From assembly GCA_002633005.1 (NCBI GenBank), contig NMRA01000355.1, positions 332,310 to 396,309 on the forward strand: a stretch of DNA of 64,000 nt, written 5' to 3'. The DNA is from Phoronis australis. Lineage: Eukaryota; Animalia; Phoronida. A program made the position numbers and the translations under genes. This document shows, one piece after another, positions 24,201-38,273 of this stretch (the first letter of the stretch is position 1; each line of letters begins with the position of its first letter). The notes beneath the pieces were generated by a model that worked only from the letters and a program-made list of their open reading frames with translations, had not been told where the DNA came from and ran no database searches.

Positions 24201-27200
24201 TAATTTCAGGTGATTCATCTCGCAATTTAACTTCTCTTACAAGATCTCACTATCGAAAAGATGTGTAATTTGGGGATATTCAAAGCATAATATGGGACTT
24301 AAATTTTTAAAATGGCATTTGAATAACTCGTATGATGTCCAAATGAGCAATTAAGAAAGTTTTAATTTCTTAAACTTATTCCACAAGCGCATCATTCTAA
24401 CATATGAATCGAAAAAAAACGATTGAGCTTGAAGGTTTCTTTGTGATTTGGTGTCGAACAACAAATTTGAAGTTCACCAGAGTCCAGCAAGTATCATCCA
24501 GCTTCTGGGTCACCTTTGGTACAACCGATTTATGCTGTAACTCTACCTCATCGAAAGGAATTTCCGAGCAAGATTTTAAGTGTGACGTTCTCATTACGGG
24601 ACTCGTAGAAACCATTCTCGCCTCTCTGCTTTCGAAGATTTTTCTCGGACAAAAATCTTCTGTTAAGGGCGTTACAGGAGAGTTGGACACGTGCTACGTA
24701 TTAAAAAAATCGTCCCTTCACCGCGGGCCAGGAGATTCACACTTCACAGGTAATTCTGACCGAAAATTAGAAGATTGACTCCACGCCTTTCAGGCGATTT
24801 GTATTACTCGTTATCTCTTTTCCAAGAGGCTGAGGCTGTTGTTTTACTATTTGGCTAATTCTGTGGACATGTCTTCAGCGCTGTAGTGATGCAGCGCACT
24901 CAATTTAACTTAATAATGAAAATATTTTGAAAGTCTGGGACCGGTTTGAATAAAGGTCGCACGCCCGCTTGAACATTGTCGCTGGATATGCTAGATCATG
25001 ACTGCAAGTGCGACGCTGTACTTTTGTGAAGACTAAACATTGCAACTGACACATAAATTCGACCGTAGGTCGTAGAAGTATTCCGATATAACAACCGCAT
25101 GCCGGTCTAAGCATTGGGTTAAATTTCTCTTGGCATTTTCTCAGCTGTCAAAAATCACACTCCGAGACGATCTCCGACGGCGAACATCACAGATTCCCCT
25201 GTAATATGGAATAATGCAAAATCTGGCGACAATCACATTTATATTTAGAACACCCGGAGGACTATGTCTGTTCTCATTTGACGTGGCCTTGTGTAACATT
25301 CGTGGAACACTTTCAACGAAATTCATTCGGAGATTGCACAGTTGAAACAACACACAAAACAAAGATACGCAAATTAATAAATTTGTTAATGCTAAATTTA
25401 TGACTGCTAGTGCCGAAAGCTTTCATCTTCGAACTCCGAAGGTATTTATCATGTTATTCAGAACAAAATTCTGGGACAGAATCAATCGGGGGGTGCGCGA
25501 ACTATAGACCCATACTGTGTCGTAGTCCTGGTCTGCATGAAAATTGCTGCACGTGCCGTTACAATAACACGTACGTTCTTACCAAGGACCAATGGTATGA
25601 AATTAAAGCCACGCAAATGTTAATTTGAGTTGAAAGGACAAAGAAATAACCAGGTTTCTAAGGCGATTATGATAAACTGATTTGCTAATAAGTGGAATTT
25701 TATGTTTCACTTCATGTTTAAATTAAATACCGAACGGTAATGATAAAAAGAAATTTTGAAAGTAAAACGTCATAAATAGGCCGTGTTCGAAAATTGCCAA
25801 TAAAAGTGACTGGATTTGATTAAACGATGAAACAAAGTCGAGGCAGCGTTTTAGGTTAGCATTTTTGAACATTTTCTCAGTTCTGACCAAAATGGGTGGA
25901 AAAAGATAGTTTGAGTGCACGCACGCAGCGCCATCTTTGGAAAACGCTGTTTCGTTTAGGTCAAAATTCTTGTAGTTCAATGTTTTGAGGTGGAACTTTT
26001 AATTTTGTTCTTTAATAGGGTGAGTTGGCATTCCTATCTTAGGTCCGTAGGGACCAAAAGGATTAAATTTCGGCAACCTCTGCTACCCACAGCTCACGAA
26101 TTTGCACCCTCCCCTTACCCGGCCGTCTGCAATTTCTAAATCCCTCTTTTTGCCACCATTTTCGCTCCCCCGGTCATCGCCAATTTCGCATCACTGACCC
26201 CACCGGTCGCCAAAGAAAACTGGCTTCAACCAAAGTCAAAATTCGCCTAAACATCAATTTCAAAAGAACTGCAAACACCACCTGTGTCCAATAGAATTTT
26301 CCGAATTTCAACCTCCGTAAAGGTTTTCTTAAGCCGCCATCTAGAGGATTAATTTGCAACTGACAAAAATCGTCCATGATCTGTCGATTTCGATTTTCTA
26401 CTGCAGATACAAATGAGAAACCAACGAACTTCTGCACCGTACGTTACAATAAGCAATGACATTTCGAGCAGTCGCATGGCAACCCAATATAAAAACTCAA
26501 AGGACACATGTTAGCACATTTCTGAAAGTGAAATTTTTACTAGCAAGATATTTATGCACAGAAACCCATAATTCACAGGGAGGAAGTGATTTTTAGATAA
26601 TTGCTAAAGACACATGCACATGTGCTTGACTTTATCCGCCAAGGAATAAAAACTGTCAATTGTTTGCAAATCTAGAAATCGGTTCTCATCTGAGTAAGTC
26701 GGAAAAAATTGAAACCACTTTTATGACGTAAGTCATAAGTTCGCTCCTTGGACCCAATGATCTCCAAAAGACACTCTGTTCTTGGAATTATCTAAGCAAA
26801 AGCATTAACATTTTGTCGTCATATAAAAATCGGGAGCAGGCATGTTGCTCTTACCAGCATGCATCGTCGCCTTGGCAACAAACGTGCGCCTACAACTGCC
26901 TTACCAATGACCGATTTGCATCCTTTGATAAAACGCGCCTCAAATCTGAAAAAGCCCGGATCGCAAGCAGAAATAGAAGTTTGAAAGCTCCTTCAAATGT
27001 TAATTGTAGGCCGGGCCATATCAAATTTATTCCAATGACATACGCGTGTTCTCATCCTATTTGAGTAATTAATTGGAGAAATAAACTCCTAAAAAGGCCC
27101 TGTGCGACCCATCCATCAGCAGACAGACGGACTATAAATTCAATAATCTCGCTAATAAAAAAATCAATACGAAAGTCCATTTAGCTGCGTCAAACAAATT

Positions 27201-27392
27201 CCTCATCCAAAAGACCCGTTTCTAAATTCCAATAACCTTTTTGCATATGCGTTGTTTTTACGCTTTTTCTGTAAGTTTGGCAGCACGTCGCAGCACGAAA
27301 TTTCTGGTTATTACCAGAAATTTAAAAATCAAACTTCTTCAAGCCATCCTTCTTTCCGATTTATCGCTAGTACCAATATAAAACTGAGTAGA

Positions 27393-27515
27393 GTTCAGTA
27401 ACGCTAGGACCACGCTAAATGTAGCCAAAATCACGTGTTGTCATTTAAAATATACGGCAGTATTTCACGTAATCTCGCAGTCTTGCTTTGCAGCGAGGTC
27501 CTAGCGTTACTGAAC
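27393..27515. mobile_element. MITE family A, copy 2
   Basis: Perfect 19-bp inverted repeat gttcagtaacgctaggacc / ggtcctagcgttactgaac. Confidence 0.75.
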
Positions 27516-27714
27516 AGAGGTCTAGTCTCAACATTTTCCCTACTAGGTAGATCAGAATACATCGGCAGCAATCGCTCATGTACCCTACATGCATTGAATG
27601 CACACCACTGCTAAGCATTCAATAAATCTTACAAAAATTTAGGTTACATGTATGTAGGATTATATAGAGTATTCTGGGTGTTTAGCCAAACGTCTACAAA
27701 ACTAAAGATTGTAA

Positions 27715-27890
27715 ATATAAATGTATTGTATATATAAATGTATTGTATATATCAATGTATTGTTTATATAAATAGTTTATATAAATATATTGTTTATATA
27801 AATATAGTTTATATAAATATATTGTTTATACAAATATAGTTTATATAAATATATTGTATATATAAATATATTGTTTACATAAATATCTAT
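27715..27890. repeat. AT-rich 15-17-bp minisatellite (tttatataaatatattg-like)
   Basis: Degenerate tandem units read directly. Confidence 0.85.
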
Positions 27891-29337
27891 TTTCTTAAGT
27901 ATGAAGCTTGTAGAATTTGACGATTGGCTTTTTACCAATCTGTTATTAATTGGGTCACGTGACCGTGAGTTTTTAGTAAAATTTAGCAAAAATACATCGG
28001 ATGCAAAATAACGGTATCAATAACATGAACAAATTTTGCCTGATACAATAATAGTGTTCAAGACGAAATCTCAAAAACGCAGTAAGTTTTCTAAATTATC
28101 ACTTCGTTTTTGTTTACTCAACTTTACGTTTCATAAAAATCATTAAAGTCCCATGCTTTGAAAGCGCATCTTGGAAAATGGTACATTTAAAAACGAATCC
28201 AGCGTTTTCTAGAACGTTGCTTAAAGCATTGTATCTGAAGGTTACACGTGAATCCGATCGGCCATTTCTGAGATATGACGTCACAAAACTTGCCAAATTT
28301 CTACATTTTTCGAGGGTCCAAAATAACCATAAACGGGATTTCAGGTCAGTCAGTCGGTTTTGTTAGACAAGGCTCCGCAACAAACTGGCTCGACACGACT
28401 GGCGGGACAATTCATGACCGATCATGGTTTCAAGCAAGAGATAACAGCTAGTCCTTTCCATGCCTAGATGTCACGTTTCATCTCAATAAGCCAATTGAGA
28501 AACTGATTTTACGAGTTTCCCCAAGTGGTGTAAACAAATATAGTTTGTTCACAGTAAAGCGTAACACGTGACAGAACACGGGATAATGGTTGGTTCAGCT
28601 CGGACAAGACTTGAAACCCTATCATTCAGATTCACAGGCAAATGCATTGCCACCACACGAAGCGTTGTTTGACAGACGCTTTCATCTACTTTAGTAAGTG
28701 TTATCTAATCTTATCAGTTTATGAAGTTCAACAAAATGAAGTCGTTTTGAAACAAAAAATAAAGCAAATGTGTGATTTCCACATTCATTTTTCACCTGAA
28801 CCTTTCACATTGTTCTTACCAAAAGTTAAAACGACAAAATAGAAGTTCAGTCCAACAGCTGACTACAAGTCAAAATACCAAAAGATTTGCTTTCATGGGA
28901 AACGCTTAAAACACTGCACGTCATAGAACTGTCCAGTGAATAACTGACGTAACACGTTAAATAGAAGAACGTGGATCTACTTCCCAGTTATTTAATTCTT
29001 TACTTGGTATTCAATTCTCACAAATTTCCGTTTACATTTTAAAATGAACACATTCATCCCTTCCTGTTAGACACGAGACCCACGTGAGGTAGCAAGTGGG
29101 TAAGATATAAACTGAAAACTTGCCACCACGCAATTAAGACCACCATTTGGCTAACTTTGACAGCATGCCACTTTGTGCGAGAAACATGACAACGACAACC
29201 ATGTCTGTCCAACAGAGCAGACAATAGACCTATCACAAGGATTTTGAGTGACGGCGTAGCTGACCAATCAGAACGCAGCATTCTTGACACACCTTCGTTT
29301 CCAAGCCGCCATTTTACCCAACAGACAACACGTTATT

Positions 29338-29490
29338 CAGCCTCCCGTTCAGTAGCGCTGGGACCTCGCTAAGAAGCAAGACTTCGCGAGATTACGTGAG
29401 ATATTGCCGTGTATTTTAAATGAGAACGCGTGACTTTGACTAGGTTTTAGCTAGGTCCCAGCGTAGGTCCTAGCGTCTACTGAAAGCACG
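29338..29490. mobile_element. MITE family A, copy 3 (opposite orientation)
   Basis: cagcctcccgttcagtagcgctgggacc ... ggtcctagcgtctactgaa; the internal cgagattacgtgagatattgccgtgtattttaaatga is close to the reverse complement of the 27393 copy. Confidence 0.7.
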
Positions 29491-31346
29491 CCAGGTAAAA
29501 CTAATTGTTTGCTTGATGACTTTTCTCAAGGGGGCGGAGCTTGCGATAGGTCACTTTATGGGCAGGATCCCGGATCAAGAGCACAAAAGGTCCGACAAAG
29601 AACAGAAATGAGGGGAATATTGTGTTCCCCCATTTTTCACAAAAGGCCAAGAACGAATAAAGAAAAGACCAACTTTCTCAACAGAACAAGACAAAAGTAA
29701 TCAGACTAACTACGATTTTCCCTTCATTACCGATTATCATTCTGACAACAGCAAAAATGGCGCTGGTAATAATTTTTATGGGGACAAAAGTGTAATTACA
29801 GAATGGCTCTGATGACTCCTCTTATCACTTAGTCGTGACAGAAGACCAATCTGTCTGATAATAATCTGAGGATAAAATCGGCCTAGTCGTCATGATGAGG
29901 AATTCCAGATCATTTTGTCTGAATACTTTTGATTTGCTCTGTTGGTCTCCCACGCCAACACCAGGAGCATTTGATCATAGTTTAAATTTGCTTTGTCTTG
30001 AGCATCTACATGTATGGTTAAAGGTACACTGACCACTCTTTAAGTGATGTCACTTATCTTGGGACATTCCGTTTCACACAATGATGAGTGCCAAGTGGTT
30101 TAATTTTGATCCCTCACAAAAGATCAAGATGCAAAATAAGGCAAATCCACACTCCCTTTCTATCATTATACTCTGGTCAGGATGACCCAGGGGATTATTT
30201 TACCTCAAAACCACCACCACATCATGTTTTGAAGTCAAAACATTATTTATCTTCCTTCACAGGCATATCTGCAATTCCAAAGCAACATTATTGTGTTCTT
30301 ATAATTTTTTTGAATTGAAATTGGTGCCAGTTACTTGCACCTTTAATGAACACTTCTTTCTTTTTTATCTTATAATGGTTATATTAAACCGCCTGGAACT
30401 CCCCCTGGTGGTCATACTCTAACTGGCCACTGAAACTTATCTGCCACGACAAGCAACTTTGTGACCAGTCAGTTATTCTCAAGCCTAGAAATTATTTTTA
30501 GGTACTCGGTGTTGAGACTATGGGTTATCCCATTCATTAGTTTGTGAGATGTCCACCAGGTGGTACGAGCTGTCGGAGTGCTGCAGTGGTAGTAGCAGTT
30601 GTGAATGATCAGTCAAGGAGAAGATAAGTGGGGTACCCTGACTTTTCCTGTTGTGCCAGCCTTATTACTCTGAGCAATGAGGAAAGCAAGACCGGTTATA
30701 CAGCGTCGCAGTCTAAATCAAAACTTGGCATTGCAGCACTCAATGCAACTTTAGCTGACATAATACACCCTTAATAACAAGAGAGATAGTAACCATATTT
30801 AGGCAACCTGAATGCAGTGTTCAAGACCAGTAACAGAATGGTTGGAAGTCAAAACATAAAGTGGTACTTGCAAGAGCATTTAACAGTGTTAAGCAGTGAC
30901 TGGTGTTGCACGTCGGAAATACAGAACTGTGTCTCACACATAAAGCAGACAATTTCCATACAAACCCGTTGTAAATGGGCAGTAGTTATAAAAAAGCTGT
31001 CAATTCTAATTTAGTATCACTTGAAAAAGCAACATCTAGGACCAAACAACTGGCATAGCAGACACAAACTGACATCGTCTCAGTCAGAGGAACGATTTAT
31101 GGCAACAATATCATGTTAAAATATTGGCAAACCAATAAAACATTTTTTTAGCTCAATACAGATTAGAACTGGACAATAAAACTTCCACGCTCATTTTACA
31201 AAACCTCTCGTACCTAAGTTCAATCTGTTCCTTGAACAAATAATATTTAAAATATTTTTCAATTTTCCCACATTCCCACATTTTTCACCAAAACTTTTGA
31301 TTTGTCAACACTGTGGAGTCACTACCCACGTCCTCCAAGCTTGGTC

Positions 31347-31535
31347 CTAATTTATAGTTCTAGAGCTCAGTTCTTCGTCATCTATCCCCGATAATTCTTC
31401 ATCTTCTCCCAACCCAGCCGTCTCTGAGTGGACGTACTCCGGGGCTTGTTTGCCCTTTACTGCCTCTTCAGTGATAATCACAGTACTGATATCTGAACCA
31501 GGCACCTCGAACATCGGCTCCAATAGGATATTCTC
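31347..31535 (-). CDS. CLPX: CLPX terminal coding exon, copy/allele A
   Basis: Acceptor catttttag|; ENILLEPMFEVPGSDISTVIITEEAVKGKQAPEYVHSETAGLGEDEELSGIDDEELSSRTIN*, 189 nt. Confidence 0.88.
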   Translation of the reverse strand, partial: ENILLEPMFEVPGSDISTVIITEEAVKGKQAPEYVHSETAGLGEDEELSGIDDEELSSRTIN

Positions 31536-31984
31536 CTAAAAATGAGAGACGATAGGTTGACAAGTGAGTGACAAACATAAGGGTCATGTTTAATAATGTC
31601 AGTTTCTCCCGAGTCGCAGCCAGAAATCTCGGCTTATGGAACAGAAATAGTGACTTATCACACCATTCTGTCAACATCCCAGCCACACCAACCAATCAGT
31701 GAATCGTTTCAGTGGTGGCCAGTTTGCAAGTGTAAGATGTAATTTTCCAAGCTTACTCCCGAAACACTTGCCATTCACTAGAGATGACAAGGCGTAATCT
31801 CGCAAGACTCGAGAGAAACAAGCTTCACTGTAACTACCTCAAACTTTGTACACAAAGAGCATTTTTGGGTCATGCTGGATACTTTGAAGGTTGACTCCAG
31901 CGGGATATATCAAAAAAAGCAATCAAGACATAAAGCCTCTCAAGCACATCCACATGCACAATTAAATGAGGATGGAGTGAACTG

Positions 31985-32069
31985 GATATCTGGTAGATTG
32001 GATAATTGGTGGATTGGATAACTGGTGGATTGGATAACTGGTGGATTGGATAACTGGTGGATTGGATAA
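31985..32069. repeat. 16-bp minisatellite (ggtggattggataact), truncated at the N
   Basis: Read directly; the same array is longer at 32785-32980. Confidence 0.9.
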
Positions 32070-32141
32070 NCCACATTTTTCACCAAAACTTTTGATTTGT
32101 CAACACTGTGGAGTCACTACCCACGTCCTCCAAGCTTGGTC

Positions 32142-32330
32142 CTAATTTATAGTTCTAGAGCTCAGTTCTTCGTCATCTATCCCCGATAATTCTTCATCTT
32201 CTCCCAACCCAGCCGTTTCTGAGTGAACATACTCTGGGGCTTGTTTGCCCTTTACTGCCTCTTCAGTGATAATCACAGTACTGATATCTGAACCAGGCAC
32301 CTCGAACATCGGCTCCAATAGGATATTCTC
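32142..32330 (-). CDS. CLPX: CLPX terminal coding exon, copy/allele B
   Basis: Same peptide as 31347-31535 with only synonymous differences; separated from copy A by the N at 32070. Confidence 0.88.
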   Translation of the reverse strand, partial: ENILLEPMFEVPGSDISTVIITEEAVKGKQAPEYVHSETAGLGEDEELSGIDDEELSSRTIN

Positions 32331-32784
32331 CTAAAAATGAGAGACGATAGGTTGAAAAGTGAGTGACAAACATAAGGGGCATGTTTTTATATAATGCCAG
32401 TTTCTCCCGAGTCGCAGCCAGAAATCTCGGCTTATGGAACAGAAATAGTGACTTATCACACGATTCTGTCAACATCCCAGCCACACCAACCAATCAGTGA
32501 ATCGCTTCAGTGGTGGCCAGTTTGCAAGTGTAAGATGTAATTTTCCAAGCTTACTCCCGAAACACAAGCCATTCGCTAGAGACGACAAGGCGTGATATCA
32601 CAAGACTCGAGAGAAACAAGCTTCACAGTAACTACCTCAAACTTTGTACACAAAGAGCATTTTTGGGTTATGCTGGATACTTTGAAGGTTGACTCCAGCG
32701 GGATATATCATAAACAAAAAAGCAATCAAGACATAAAGCCTCTCAAGCACATCCACATGTACAATTAAATGAGGATGGAGTGAA

Positions 32785-32980
32785 CTGGATATCTGGTGGG
32801 TTGGATAATTGGTGGATAAGATAACTGGTGGATTGGATAATTGGTGGATTGGATAACTGGTGGATTGGATAATTGGTGGATTGGATAACTGGTGGGTTGG
32901 ATAACTGGTTGGTTGGATAATTGGTGGACAAGATAACTGGTGGATTGGATAACTGGTGGATTGGATAATTGGTGGATTCA
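32785..32980. repeat. 16-bp minisatellite, about 12 copies (ggtggattggataa(c/t)t)
   Basis: Read directly. Confidence 0.93.
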
Positions 32981-33185
32981 ATAATCTAGACACCAAAACA
33001 GAGTGTGGAGACACCTTCAAAACCCGACTACTTTTGTCCTATACAGTACAACTGTGAAGAGCAACAATTTAAAGAAGAATCATATCAAATAACACAATAC
33101 AATATGACACAATACAAACAGCATTATGGCCCAGAACAACATTAGGCGAGCACCAAACATCATCAGACAAGCAACAGGGTCTTAC

Positions 33186-33278
33186 CATGATGGCCCTCAG
33201 ACCACGGGCGCCTGTCTTTCTCTCTAGAGCCTGCTTGGCCACCGCTTGCAGCGCATCGTCAGTAACTACAAGGCTCAC
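33186..33278 (-). CDS. CLPX: CLPX exon (sensor II region)
   Basis: cag|VSLVVTDDALQAVAKQALERKTGARGLRAIM|gtaag, 93 nt, phase 0-0. Confidence 0.95.
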
Positions 33279-34080
33279 CTGATAATCAAGAGAAATGGTG
33301 AAACCAGATGATGTAAATACTTCTACCATCTCAAAATTAACATTAAAGTATGAACTGCAAAGTCACTAGGTGTCGCTAGTAGAACTACAGTGCAGCACGT
33401 TAAAATGCATGCATTCCAGTCACATGGTACCCTTGTCCTGTGAATGCACCTGTGCAGGTGAAAATCTTTCCATACAGGGAAACAAGAGTATCCTGCTACA
33501 CCTGAATAATAACATATACCATGATCAAGAACTGAAGTTGCAAATAATAAAGGTATACCGACGATACAGTTTTTACTAAGCTTCTACCGCTGGCAAGTTG
33601 AAACACCACTGCGATTGTTTCCTAAACGCAACTCAAAATCAAAGTCATTCTGTCAAATGCTAAGCCCGCTCAACATTTAACTCCTAATGCCAGAGATACG
33701 AAACACCACTGCGATTCTATCCAAACTATCACATCAGGGAATAAATATGGTCATACTTAATTTAAAAGGCAAACTCTCAGTGACTGTTTTTTCGTGTTCA
33801 GATATTGATCCTAGACAATATCAGTGCCCAGTTCCTCTTTACCATCATGTGCCCGGACTTAGAAAAGCACTTTCGACCTGATAAATCACCTTCTTGATGC
33901 CTCAATCAATGGGACAGACAAAAATTCTTATCAACTGTTTAAGTTGCATTACATAAGTCAGGCGAGTGTAAGTCCGAGTTCCGTGATACCGTTATATAAT
34001 TCTGGTTCTTGTACACATTCCTTCAAATAAGCCCGACTTTGCCTTTTGCAGATAAAATACCTTCATCCTGTTAGATCCGA

Positions 34081-34135
34081 CTTAAGTTCATGTACTCGTC
34101 CCAACTTAAGTTCATGTACTCGTCCCTACTTAAGT
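34081..34135. repeat. 24-bp tandem duplication (cttaagttcatgtactcgtccc(a/t)a)
   Basis: Two copies plus a partial third. Confidence 0.85.
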
Positions 34136-34258
34136 GAGTTTTGTATAAGAAAAGTGATCTGAATGAAAAGTTGATTTATGAAGGAAGGCGGGGAAATAGC
34201 ACCTTCAAGCCCACTATACCCTGAAACAATTTTAAATTGTTCAGTGAAGCTGAAATAC

Positions 34259-34558
34259 CTTGTCCATGTCGAAGAGCGCCTGATACTGCGGCACCAGCGC
34301 ATTCCGTGGCTGCGTCAGGATCTCGACCAGCATGGATTCGCTGAGGCTATGGAACGGAACATTAACTGGCAGCCTGCCAACAAACTCGGGAATCATGCCG
34401 AACTCGATGAGGTCACGTGCTTCCACCTGCCGCAATAGGTGGTCGTGTTCGTCATTCTCCACAGTCACGTCTGTGTGATCTGACTGCTCGCGGAACATGG
34501 CGTTGGTGGCAGCGCGCCGGCCCTCACCACCTGCCGACGGAGCGCCGAACCCTAGGTA
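34259..34558 (-). CDS. CLPX: CLPX exon (ClpP-docking LGF loop and arginine-finger region)
   Basis: tttccag|YLGFGAP...[20 protein letters not shown]...[21 protein letters not shown]|gtatt, 300 nt. Confidence 0.96.
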
Positions 34559-35276
34559 CTGGAAACAGAGGAACTAATTAATAATAGCTTTTACCAAATA
34601 TACTGGCAGTGTAGTGGAATAAATTGTGTCGCCAGACGATGACAGAGTAGTTTAAGAGTGGTTAGTATTTTGCAATTCATACAATCATCTTAGCATCACC
34701 ATTGCCAAAACTGTTCTGAAGGATGTTCAAAGAACCCATGCAAAAATCCTCAGTCACTCCACAAAGTGTCTGGAAAGAACAGGAATTATGGTTGTCTTGG
34801 CAGTACATGGCCAAACTTGTCTGAGTTAGGGATTAGATCCAGCAGACTCCGTCAATCTCAAAGCACTATGGAGTTGTACGTCGCTTCCATTCTGAACATT
34901 TTTACTTGACGTGTACACTTTTATTACAACTTTCCATCACAAAAACAAGTGCTAACTGGTTCAGAGATGCCTGATCAAAATTCATGCCTTCAGAAGTTTT
35001 TCCAGACACTTTCAAACTTTTTAGGTTTTCTCAACAAATTCGTGAGAAACAACAGATAAACGCCTTCTGTCAAAATTGCCGTTTTCAAACAGTTGGATAA
35101 ACATACATAAACCCGCAGCTTAGCCACAAATTACCTTTCAAACATGCACACTGTTTGGCACTGATAGCTAGCGCTGAATGTATATAATATACATTACAGA
35201 GAAGTTTCCACTACAACAGTGTATCCATTTAAGGCTTGCTTCATGTAGATACCAGGCAAGGGTTTCTTGGGCTAAG

Positions 35277-35374
35277 AGTCACTTTTCAAGGATCCCCCAT
35301 TTTGAGAACCAGCGTTCTCCACTGAACAACAAGCATCAGACTAGTTCTCAAAACGAAGACCCCCGTAAGTGACT
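35277..35374. mobile_element. MITE family B (~100-bp hairpin), degenerate copy
   Basis: agtcactt...cattttgagaaccag ... ctagttctcaaaacg...aagtgact; same family as the 50650 copy. Confidence 0.65.
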
Positions 35375-35701
35375 GCTGCCGTTTCTCCGAGAGTTCTGAC
35401 TTTCGGCTAATAATTAGTCTATGGATGGCTTTGCATGTTTCAAGAAATCAGGCTAAGGTTGAAAATAAATGACAAAACTCCGCAACCTGCTCGGGAGCGG
35501 ACTAAAGGCCAAAGTCAAGACAAAAACATTAACTTTTAGCTACTGACTCTTAAAAAAAAGGTCCAAAATGGAGTGAACAAATATTTTGAATACAACACAT
35601 TTAAAAAATCCAACAAAATGACCCGCCAAACGACCCCTATATGAAACCAACATAATATAAACATAAATGTGTAAAAGTATACACGTTTTCAAGGAACAAA
35701 C

Positions 35702-35866
35702 CTTTTCGTTTTTTCGCCGGCTCACTATTTTGTCCAGGCCAGTGAAAGCACCAGAGGCCACAAAGAGTATGTTCGTGGTATCTACGGCGACGCTTTCGCC
35801 GCGTAGCTTCCTAGAGTTCTTCTCTGGTACGTTAACAACCGTCCCCTCGAGGATTTTTAGCATTCC
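35702..35866 (-). CDS. CLPX: CLPX exon (RKL loop and sensor I)
   Basis: ttttgcag|[55 protein letters not shown]|gtttg, 165 nt. Confidence 0.96.
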
Positions 35867-36510
35867 CTGCAAAAGTGAGGTAGAACCGATCAGCCATTTC
35901 ATGACAGAGTACTAGCATCCCAACATGAGCCACATTCTGGAACAAAACAGAAAAGGGAAAACAATGAATTTAAAGCCACATTAAACCCATGCTTTCTGTT
36001 GCGGTGGTCTCAAATTGTTCCTAACCAGGCTACAAAAGAACTGACAGTTCGTTAGTTCTTCGGAATGAGGACACAAAATTTGTGGTCACAGTGTGACATT
36101 AACTTTTATGACAATTGTCTGAACAAATAACGAACTGTGAGATCCTTCCTAGAGCCCACAGATCAGTTCTAAGTGGAGTACGAAACAAAATAATACCAGC
36201 TTTATAATGTTTAGTGGCCTAAATCAAAGTTGGTTTTCTGACTGAAAGCACAAGCTAAATGGTGCTACTCTAATCTTATGACTTCTCAATAATACAGCAT
36301 GTTGTTAACTAACCACTTTTTCCATTCAATTAATCAATTATGATATATTTAAGAGACCTGAACCAATTGCTACCCAACCACACTTAGGATTAGGCCTACA
36401 GGTCACATTCTCCAAGAAAATCAATTCATGCAAGTCAACGCAATATATTTTCACATTCTTGACAAAGCGTTCCATTTATGTTTATTTGTATGAAATGAGA
36501 ATAACATTCA

Positions 36511-36651
<141 letters not shown>

Positions 36652-36719
36652 TTACTGTGATTCAAAAGTATTGGTGGAGAAACACATGCATGCTATATGA
36701 CTGAGGGCACATCGCAGCA

Positions 36720-36819
36720 ATAGTCACTTATGGGGCCCCTGCATTTTGAGAACCAGTTTGATGCCTGTTATCGAATGGAAAAACTGCTTCTCAAAATGCG
36801 GGGCCACTGTACGCGACTA
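36720..36819. mobile_element. MITE family B copy (allelic copy at 37846-37945)
   Basis: atagtcacttatggggcccctgcattttgagaaccagttt ... aaactgcttctcaaaatgcggggcc...gacta, long inverted arms. Confidence 0.72.
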
Positions 36820-36841
36820 CTACAAAAAAGTATGTATATTA

Positions 36842-37186
<345 letters not shown>

Positions 37187-37327
37187 TTACAATTCGATAA
37201 AGATTCGACATGTAAAACCGTGACTAAATGTTTATTTTCTTTTTGACTAGAACATGCTTCGTAATTCCACCCAATTCCTGACAAAATCTCGACACGTGAG
37301 ACAACACACCTCACAAATCCATTTACA

Positions 37328-37828
37328 TACCGTAATCGTTCGGGTTAACGCCCATGCTCAGTTAACCGCCCACCCCCTACTTTAGGTGAATTTCGATTTA
37401 ACCGCCCACTGCTCGGTTAACCGCCCCCCTGCTATTTTTGAAGATTTCCAATTAACCGCCCACTGCTCGGTTAACCGCCCATCCCCTACTTTTGACGATT
37501 GGTGATTACCGCCCTGTGCTAATAGGAAACGCGAATCCCCGACCTTTTAGATTAAGATCGATGATAACATTGAGTGCAACGACGGCCTCAGAGACCGCGG
37601 TTTAGCAATGTGAATTATGATACCAGTAACAAATTATTGTAACGGGTCATCGATTAACTTCAAAATGTAATACTTGAACACTTTGTCACTTTCTTTTCTT
37701 CTCATGTTCGCAAACTTTAGGAACCGCGCTGGCGTCTACACCTCCACTTTCAGCCACAATCTCTGCCGCACTGAGTTATCGACTACAGTGCACTATATAA
37801 AAGATGCATTCGAAATAACCAGGTCAGA
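37328..37828. mobile_element. DNA-transposon-like insertion (truncated at the N), present in one copy only
   Basis: Begins taccgtaatcg and carries about six ttaaccgccc subterminal repeats (37345-37480). The homologous site at ~38443 continues without it. Confidence 0.7.
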
Positions 37829-37967
37829 NTGGACACATGGCAGCAATAGTCACTTATGGGGCCCCCGCATTTTGAGAACCAGTTTGATGCCTGTTATCAA
37901 ATGGAAAAACTGGTTCTCAAAATGCGGGGCCACTGTACGCGACTACTACAAAAAAGTATGTATATTA

Positions 37968-38273
<306 letters not shown>

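Noticed and set aside
31347-32330. Alternative last exons or a CLPX paralogue
   Set aside because: Identical peptides, flanking introns duplicated too, and a junction at a single N; allelic redundancy is the simpler explanation.
32637-33020. 127-aa ORF with NPPIIQSTSYPIHQLS repeats
   Set aside because: Translation of the 16-bp intronic minisatellite.
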